Source of the DNA: Auanema rhodensis
Taxonomy: Eukaryota > Animalia > Nematoda
Length of the DNA stretch: 64,000 nt
Direction: 5' to 3'
NCBI GenBank assembly: GCA_964057225.1
Contig: OZ059897.1
Location: forward strand, 9,672,001 to 9,736,000
The notes under the pieces are model-generated. The model was not told the DNA's origin. It searched no databases and saw nothing but the letters and a program-made list of their open reading frames with translations. Position 1 is the stretch's first letter. Each line of letters starts with the position of its first letter. Positions 55,759 through 64,000 of the stretch are shown here, piece after piece. The position numbers were made by a program, and so were the translations under genes.

Positions 55759-56456
55759 CAGTCCTGTGCAAAAAACCTCGGACAAAAATATCTTAGAGGC
55801 CCCAGAAACCCCTTCAAACTACAAAAAAATTATTTTTTTTCATTTCATAAGTTTCGTAAAGTAACATAGTATATATTCAGTCAAAATATATGTTAATATA
55901 ACTAAAACTGATTTCAATGAGATTTCTAAATTTATAAGGAAATTTAGTGTTTTTTGACTATTTTGAATAATCTCTTTTGATTTAACAAAATTTGAGATTA
56001 GGAAAAAGTTAATTCATTAGAAATATTTTAAAATGATTCTTAGCACAAAGCTCGATCAATAACTATGTTTTTCCTATGGCATAGCTTCAAACAAGTAAGC
56101 TTCAGCAACTGAATCTTAGCAAATATCTATGAAGATAACTTGGTTAACATACAACCAAATTCTCCCGTTTAAAAGAAAAATAGACGTTTAGTGTACTCCT
56201 AACACTATATCAAAAGATCATTTCTGAAGTCTTGATGATACTTCTGAAATTCAAGAAAGAAGACTTCTAGCAGTTTATGAAAATTTCGGAGACTCCAAAA
56301 AATACTTTTAAACATGATTTTTAAAACTTTGAAGATTTTTTCTGAATTCATTATCGTTTTTTAACACTCAAAATGTATTTTTTCTGATTTTTTGTAGTTT
56401 GTCTGAGAAGGTATAAGGGTTTCTAAAAGTTGTCCGAGGTTTTTTGCACATGACTG
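55759..56456. mobile_element. Non-autonomous Tc1/mariner-type MITE (698 bp), same family as 52998-53362
   Basis: TA|CAGTCCTGTGCAAAAAACCTCGGACAA ... TTGTCCGAGGTTTTTTGCACATGACTG|TA. Shares internal blocks with the first copy (CTTAGAGGC.CCAGAAA.C.CCTTCAAACTA, TGAAATTCAAGAAAGAAGACTT, TTATGAAAATTTCGGAGA). Confidence 0.9.
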
Positions 56457-59400
56457 TATAGTATAAACTATATGTATTTATAATAAAATAGAAATAGAAA
56501 TATATTTTCTTTGTATTTTCTTTCTTTTTTTTTAAAGTTCAGATTCATATAGCCATGTTAGACTTCAGATCATTGAAGTGAATGAGCTCATCTCTTAGGA
56601 CAGCTGCCAAAACGATTATAATATTCATTTAATAGAGGCTTGAATGAAGACAAAAGAAGAAGAAAATACATGGAAAAATAGTATTTTATACGAATACGAA
56701 TAGTCTAAAAGCTTTTTTTCTTCGTTGTAACATTGAAAATACGAGAAATCGAAGAAAATAAAAACTGTTGAAACTAGATATGAACGAATGAAATTCTTGG
56801 AGCCGTTGTCAGATATTGAAAGCCTCATGATGTGGCTGTTATATGCATTTATCCATACATATAGTATAGATTAATAGGATGAAAATAAATAATTTAAAAG
56901 ATCTTATCATGAAATTTGATTAATGGACATCGTGATGAAGGGGTGGTCGACAAATCTTTTTTATTTTCTTTTTTTGTTCTTTCCTAAATATAAATAAGAG
57001 ATAATGTGTTTTTTATGTTGGTGGTAGCGGTGGACATGGGTGGTATAGAATGGGGTGGCAATGAATAGAGTCAGAGCAATGAAGCGAACTTTTCTATTTA
57101 CTGGACGTTTGGAAAAATTAGTAAAAGGTAATGGAATAGTGGAAGTTTTTCAATGATTTTTGTGCTGCATAGTACTTGAAAAAGCTTGAAAGCTTTACCT
57201 TCAATTTACTTGTCTCCAGGGAAAACATTAAACAGAGAATTCTCTCTCTTTCACTTTTTCTCTGTATTCTTTATAAATTGCCACACGAAATTTCGAGAAA
57301 AAAATAAGAAGAAGAAAATCAAAGAAGGAATGAAAGATAGAGAGAGAGAGAGAGAGAGAATGAGAGAGAGACTCGTTTGATGATATGTGTGAGAAGAAAA
57401 TTACCATGAATGGTTATTGAAAGGGAGGTGAAATTAAAATCAGAAATAAGAAAAAAGATACAAGAAAAACAGCTGAGAAGAAGAAAAGAAAATGAAAATA
57501 TCACACAATACTTGGATTACTATGTTTTCTCTACAGAATATATGAAAAATGCTTTGTCGGATTAACATTTTGAACATAAAAATCTGAAAGTATTTTGGAA
57601 AAAAAAAGAAGAAAAAGTAAAAGGAAGTATAATATAGATATTACGTCGTCGGAGATTATTAAATTGACATAATGACTTCAGAAATAAAGAAATTTGTATA
57701 TTGGAAGGATGGATGGATGTGTATAATTTTACTTTTCTGTTTGAAAAAGTCATCAGAAATGTGAAAGTTGGTGAAGAATGTGATGATGTTGATGTAGATG
57801 ATAGATGGACAATAAGTAGCTTGTGCTTCAACCTCTCCACCCTTTTACTTCTTCTCTTGATCTAGCCTTCACTAAAAATGCATGTGTACTGACCTATCTC
57901 TCTAAGTTGCTCTCTCTCTTCCCTCTTACTCTCCTCGTATGTCACACCTCGTTTCTCTTGATGATTGAGAAGCGCATAGTATGCCTTAAAGCAATTTCTT
58001 TACTAAAGGATATGAGACGTATGGCACGATATGAACAACGATTTCTCACTTAAGCACAACGAATTCAAAAGATTTAATCTGAGTATGTCTATGTGTCAAA
58101 AGCAAGATGACTCAAGTGTGAAGTAAAAATTGGAGAAAACAATGAAATGTCCGAACAACATTGAAGAGCAAACTCTTTATTCATTGCTTTACATCATTTT
58201 CCAAAAGAACAACCATACAACGGTTGTTGCAGTAGAAGCCGAAGTAGCAGAAGCTGTGCCTGAAGCAGTAACATCAGCAGTAGTAGTAGTAACTGGATGA
58301 AAAGCTTCTTAGGATTGATAGAAGAAGCTCTTATCTGTTCAGAAACATTTTGGCAAGAAACTTACAAGAAATAGCCATAATCTTTGAATTTTTAAGTTTC
58401 TTTTCTCACAAAAAAATTCTCCCCGTTCATAGCTATGTTAGTACATATTGTCCCGATATGATCAATGATACCATTTATTTAAAAAGTTCAAAAATGATGT
58501 CAATGGAATCTTATGATCATATGAGCTAGAAGAAAAAAAAAGAAAAAGAAGAAATAATGTTTGAAAAAAGGTTTTTCAATAAAATTTTCAAAGTTTTTGC
58601 CTCTTTCAAACAGAATTTAAGAACAATATGAACATATCTTTTGCCATCAATATCATCATCACCTAACATCATTGGTAAAGTATGAATGAATATTAGAAAA
58701 TTAATTTTAATTCTTTAAAAAGTTATTGAAAATGCATTAAGAAGGACATAAATTCAAATATTCGATACATTATGTTGTTCCATGCTTCATTGAGAATTCT
58801 TGATTCATATTAGAATGAATATCAAACGACAAAATTCTTTTCTCGGTGCACCTGATGTTTCAAATCTAACTTTAGCTTAGACGGTGAGATTTACAGAGAG
58901 AAAGAAGGGTGAGAGAGAGAGAGAGAGAGGGAGGAGACGGGGAACGAGAAAAAGAGAGAAATTTTTTTTTATTTTCATTTTTTTCTTCATTTCCACAAAA
59001 GCAATTAAAATGAAAAATATATTTTAAGAATTGCCGATAAGGAAATTGAATTAGAAAAAGACCGATGGAGGCAGATGTGGAGGAGAAGAAAGACTTATAG
59101 TGACATGTCACACAAGATGCTTGACCAACTCTAAAACTTGAGATGAAGCTTGACATGAAAAGACATAAGTATTTTGATGAAAGAAGGAATATGACATGTC
59201 CTTGGGCTATTGAAAACTTGCAAAACTTCTACAAATTTTATTCAAAAAAAAAACAAGTTCTACGTCTTATATAGTAAAATGAATGAAAAGCTCCTTTTTC
59301 GAGCTCAATTGAGAGAACTTTCCTATTTCGGAAACCAGCTGACCGGATCGAACCGAAGCAGGAGTGCTTATATCTGAGCTCAGCAAGGGCTTCATGCGGT

Positions 59401-60528
59401 ATGAAACAAATGGATGCCAGAAGGTTAGACAGAGCATAAGCTCACTCATCCATATGATCGGTCCTATTTCTCTTTGTAGATCCGCGAGAGTGAAGAAAAA
59501 GCAAATCTCTTTTCATTTTCTCTCACCCTGTTTAGACTCTCTATCTCTCTAAATGCCCATTTACATGTTCCGTTTTGTTGTGCTTCTTAGAATCTCTATA
59601 TTCACCTATTATTACTTCTGTGTATGATTTTTTTCTTTCTCTCTCTCTCCCTCTCTCTCTCTCTTAGTCCCTCCTTTTTTGTCTCTTTTCTTCAAATCTA
59701 TATTTCTTTTTCTAGATATCTTGCTCTCTCTCTCTATCATCTTTCAGCATCTTTCCCTATTTTTTTCTATTACATATGCATACATATATCTCATTTTGAC
59801 CTCTTGCCTATAACAAAATATTATTTTCAATATATGTTATAGAGAGAGAGAGATGCGAAAAAAGGGAAAGAGAGAGAGAGGGAGAGAAGGAAAAGCTCAT
59901 TTAATTATGAAATTTATACGAAAATTCCGAAAGAGACGTGAAAATTCAAAGTTGTATAGTAAGATAATCTTAAAATGAACCAATGTAGGTGAACAAAAAA
60001 AGTTGTTCGTTAAACAGAAGACTTAATACATTAGCCATCTTAGTCTGAAAATCAGTTAGTTTGAAAGATTCATTTACAATTTACCAAATTGACCAATGAT
60101 CAAGAGATGTTTTAGGTAAAAACGGTTTTAAAAGATCTTTTTCTTGTTTTTCAGAACAAAGATAGAAAAAGATTTTTTTTTATTCTTTTAGTTATTCTCC
60201 GAATTTGGTGTTTGATTAGAAATGAAATGATGTTTCGTTTGTTTCTTCTTCTTCTTCTTCTTCTCACTTCTTACAATCATATGTCCTCTAGCCAAGGTGA
60301 TTCATCAAATTTTTCGAGAAATTAGGTTCAAATGGTCAGATTATGACGTAGTGGGTTGTTAATGAATTGACTAAACAATGCTCATCGTATAAAACTTTTA
60401 TTAAGATGTGAGAAAACAAGTTTTCATTTAGTTTAAAAGTACACTATATAAGGTAAGTTTCTCATTAGTTCTATATCAAACCTTTGTCTTCTCTCTCTCT
60501 CTATCTCTTGCTGACTTGACTGCTTGAC

Positions 60529-61645
60529 ATGGTCTGCAACACATTCAGCTTTGTAGCTATTCTAGCTCTAACAACAACAGCATATGCTGGTTTCTCTGTT
60601 TCTCAGGTATAATACTATATTAACCATATATGTATATGTTTCATATAATGTTTACATTTAGCTAACTCCAAGTGCTAATATGATTTTGGACAACGCTGTT
60701 GTACCTGGTCGTGATATTCGTCAATGTTCTTGCAACGAAGAAAAGTAAAAGCTTGTCCTTCATTTGAAACTTTATTTTGAACTTTTTTTCAGCGAATGTC
60801 GTGAAAACATGGAAACTCAGATGAATGATTGTTCCAATGAATGCTATTATAAATTCAAAAAAGTCCGTTTTTTTTCATGAAAATTTGAAGAAAATTCATT
60901 TTTTGTATTTCAGATTATTTCGGATCCATCTCGTTTGAGACCATGTATCCAGAAAGTTCAACCAGTTATTCACAAGTTCATTGATTGTATGCAAACCAAC
61001 CTTCATTCGTAAGTTGCTCAAAGAATATTTTTGTGTTTATAGAAACAAAATATTCTGTTTTATAGATGTGTTCCAACTAAAAATGGACCAACTATTCCAT
61101 ATCATGATATGCGTCGTCTTTTCCAATTGGGAGAGCAGATGATGTCTAAACAACGAGGAAAGATTCTTAGTCAAGGACCTGCAGCTAAGATGAGGTAAGC
61201 TCAATCACATATCAGCATCAGCTCGAAGCCTTATTTACAAAAACATATGATTATAGACCAGTTGCTGAAACAGTTCTGTCTTATGGAGATTGTCTTGAAA
61301 GCTGCTTTGTAAACAAGAACGCCAACGGTTTCTGTTATGACAGATTAGGGTCAGTTGATAGCCAAATTTGAAAAAAAAAAGTTTTCAATCCCTCATCTTC
61401 AGCTGTCAGCCAAAAATCACAAAGTTAGCTTTACAATCATCAATGAAGACCTGTGGAAAAGTACTGAACTGGAAAGTTCATGCCGGTGGACTTTGTACTT
61501 GTGCACAATCCGCTGGAGTCCAGTGAGTAATCTACTGATCTAAAATCTTTTTTTTTTTTTCATTTTTTCTTTGAAACTATTGAATCAAATTGAATTTTGC
61601 AGAGGACTTCAAGATGTCTGCCCATTATTGCGTTTAATGGGATAA
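60529..61645 (+). CDS. Secreted nematode-specific Cys-rich protein (resembles the PERM-2/PERM-4-like family)
   Basis: Eight exons. Signal peptide MVCNTFSFVAILALTTTAYA, then IRQCSCNEEN|ECRE..DCSNEC..|..PCIQ..IDCMQ..|CVPTKNGPTIP..|..DCLESCFVNKNANGFCYDRLG|CQP..CGK..LCTCAQSAGVQ|GLQDVCPLLRLMG*. A TATATAA box lies at ~60445. The family call rests on a recalled Cys pattern only. Confidence 0.85.
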
Positions 61646-61686
61646 TCCCGATGATCGGATGAAAATAATTTTAAATGTAAATATTA

Positions 61687-61720
<34 letters not shown>

Positions 61721-64000
61721 TTATGCTTTAAAATAATTTGTTAGATAATTAGAATAAAAATTATTTGAAATATTTTAAAATTTCATTTTAAATTGTTAGA
61801 TCATGTAGACCGGTTGAACTTCACGTACAACATCATCTTCTCAGGTGATAAGCACAGGAACGGACTGGATTTCCTCGTCTCTCTGCTGCAAATCGTTTCA
61901 GGAAATTCCTGTCGAAAAAAAAAATTTCCGCTTTCTCAGAAGATAGATCGTTGTCAAATAGAAGAAAGAGAGAGAGAAAGAAAGAAATAGAAAATGAACG
62001 AAAATACTGACAAAAACTGAGGAAGAAGAGCTAAAAGTCTTGTGTGAAAGTGAAAAAGAATTACAAAAAAAAAATCAAATTCTTCAGTCTTGACAACGAT
62101 TTTCGAGAAATTTCGCTACATTTGCTACTTGATGTTGCTGAATAAGTGTCAAAAAACTGTTCTGTTATCCAAATAATTTGGTAGTAAATATACAAAAAAG
62201 GCAAAACAATCTACGAAATCTTTAATTCAAAATATTTCCAACAAATCTCCTCCTCTCACTTTCAAATCATCATCCTCATCAGTTACTCTCTCACAGATAT
62301 TCTATTCTATACTTCCACAGATATTTCTTTTGTCGGTAAAGTTGTAAAATTTACTCAGTATGTTGAGAATGAATGAGAATAAGTGGACGTTACGCTAAAC
62401 AAATCAGATGTCAGATGGTTGATTATTGGTGGATTAATCCGTTTTGTATTTGATTTTCCAATAACGATTTACTTCTCAGGAATGCAGGAATTTTTCTTTA
62501 TTTTTTGCGTTCAAAGACCTCTGACTGACAATGAGCACTTTGAAAATTTTCTCTTCCCTCTTGATTTCACGCATTCTTCTTTCACTCGAATTCTATAATG
62601 TATCTAGTTCGATCGTTATTATTCTACGTTTTTCTCTCTCTCCCTATCTCTATTAGTCCCTCGTTCTCTCTATTTCTCTTCCTCCTCTCTACCTCCCTCT
62701 TAGCCTCTCTTTTCCTCTTTTTAAATCGTTCTAATTCTCTTTAAATCCTTCTTCACATGGGTGCTTTCTTATCTAATTTATTAAACGCAATTCCTAGTGT
62801 TCGCACGTATTTTCTAAATATTGTATACATAATACGATTGAAGTACGAAATTGAAAAGATCTGTCTGTATGAGAGGGGAGGGTTGGAGGGAGGGGGGCTT
62901 GTGTACCATAGAGCCACTTGAAACGTACATTATCGTCAACTACGGACGATGCTGATGACGACGACGACGACTATGTACGACGATGAAGAACGACAGTCTT
63001 CGATAATATACAACATACAAGATTTTGATTTCTTTAATATTATATTTCCTTAAACTATATATATATATCCACATGTCATTTCTTAGACAACTTATCCATT
63101 TAATCCCAAGACATGTCCATATGTATCTCATTGCTTCAACTTAGTTTCTCTCATCTATTGACGTCATCTGATTCATTTTCATATCCAAAAGCAAACATCT
63201 GTCTACACAGGCTCCATATGTACATATGTATGTTCATCCATATATCCAAAATACAATGGGATTTATGCTTTTTTTAAAGTTTTTGTTGTAAAAATTAAAT
63301 TTCTCATTAAAATTTCCTATCGATTAGCTGAAAAACTGTTTTTCACTCTCTTTCTCGTTCTCTTCATTCTCTTCTTTCTTTCTTTTTTTCCTTTTTATAA
63401 GTCAATAAGAATTAAAAAAACTTTTTTTGTGCTCTATTGAGTCCTGTCACAGTGATGATAGTGATGAACCTTTCCTCATTTTCTTAATGTCAAAGATTGG
63501 TTAAACAATGTGTTTTTCTCCTCCCTCAACCTCATAAGCATATGTCCTTTGGGTCCTCTATTTCCTCATGCTTGTTTTCGTTTTTTCTTTTTCACAAAAA
63601 AAAAGAAGAAAAAAAAGGGAGAAAGAAGCAGTAACGATGAAGATAGATGGCATCACTTATCTTAAGCTTGAAGCAAGGTCCCGCTGTTTTTCACGTCGAC
63701 TTGTCATTCTATTCCTTTTTTTTTTGATTATTTTTCCATTTTTATGTGGAACAGAAGGGATTTCTCCTTAAAGATTGTGTTGTTTTCAATGGAAACCTAA
63801 GCAAATTTCGTTTATGATTGCTTGTTTTGTGTATTCGTCTCATTTAAAACATTGAATAAGATTACAAAACCTATTTCGAAACTCTTTGTGATGATTTTTT
63901 TTGGAAAATTTCTAGTTTTCATGTTTGCTCCATACGTTTATCATCATGATGTGTAGTGATTCTCTCACAGTTCCATCCCACCAACAAGTCTCATACGTGA

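Overview
Eukaryotic, AT-rich nuclear DNA from a rhabditid (C. elegans-like) nematode. Introns are mostly about 45-60 nt, GT-AG, with TTTCAG-type acceptors, so the supplied ORF track is largely exon fragments and noise. I assembled spliced gene models by hand. The left 41 kb is gene dense: the 3' end of an unknown gene, a LIM-only hillarin/LTD-1-like protein, a candidate 38-aa spliced micropeptide, a two-domain heme peroxidase carrying an intronic tRNA-Cys, ntl-2 (CNOT2), a partly unresolvable coiled-coil gene, fkh-6, a small divergent orphan gene, a GPI-anchored Ly6-like protein, a GM2-activator/ML-domain protein, an unknown gene just downstream of a TBL2 homolog, rer-1 and a 4-TM tetraspanin-like protein. 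The right 23 kb is gene poor and GA-repeat rich. It holds the acatalytic carbonic anhydrase cah-2 (two alternative N-termini), two related Tc1/mariner-type MITEs and a secreted Cys-rich nematode protein. I see no clear multi-gene novel system. The best leads are the micropeptide gene, the cah-2 signal-peptide isoform switch, the dead-plus-active peroxidase tandem, the MITE family with co-varying TIRs and the gene pair at the fkh-6 5' end. Orthology and synteny calls come from recalled sequences and gene names, not from searches.
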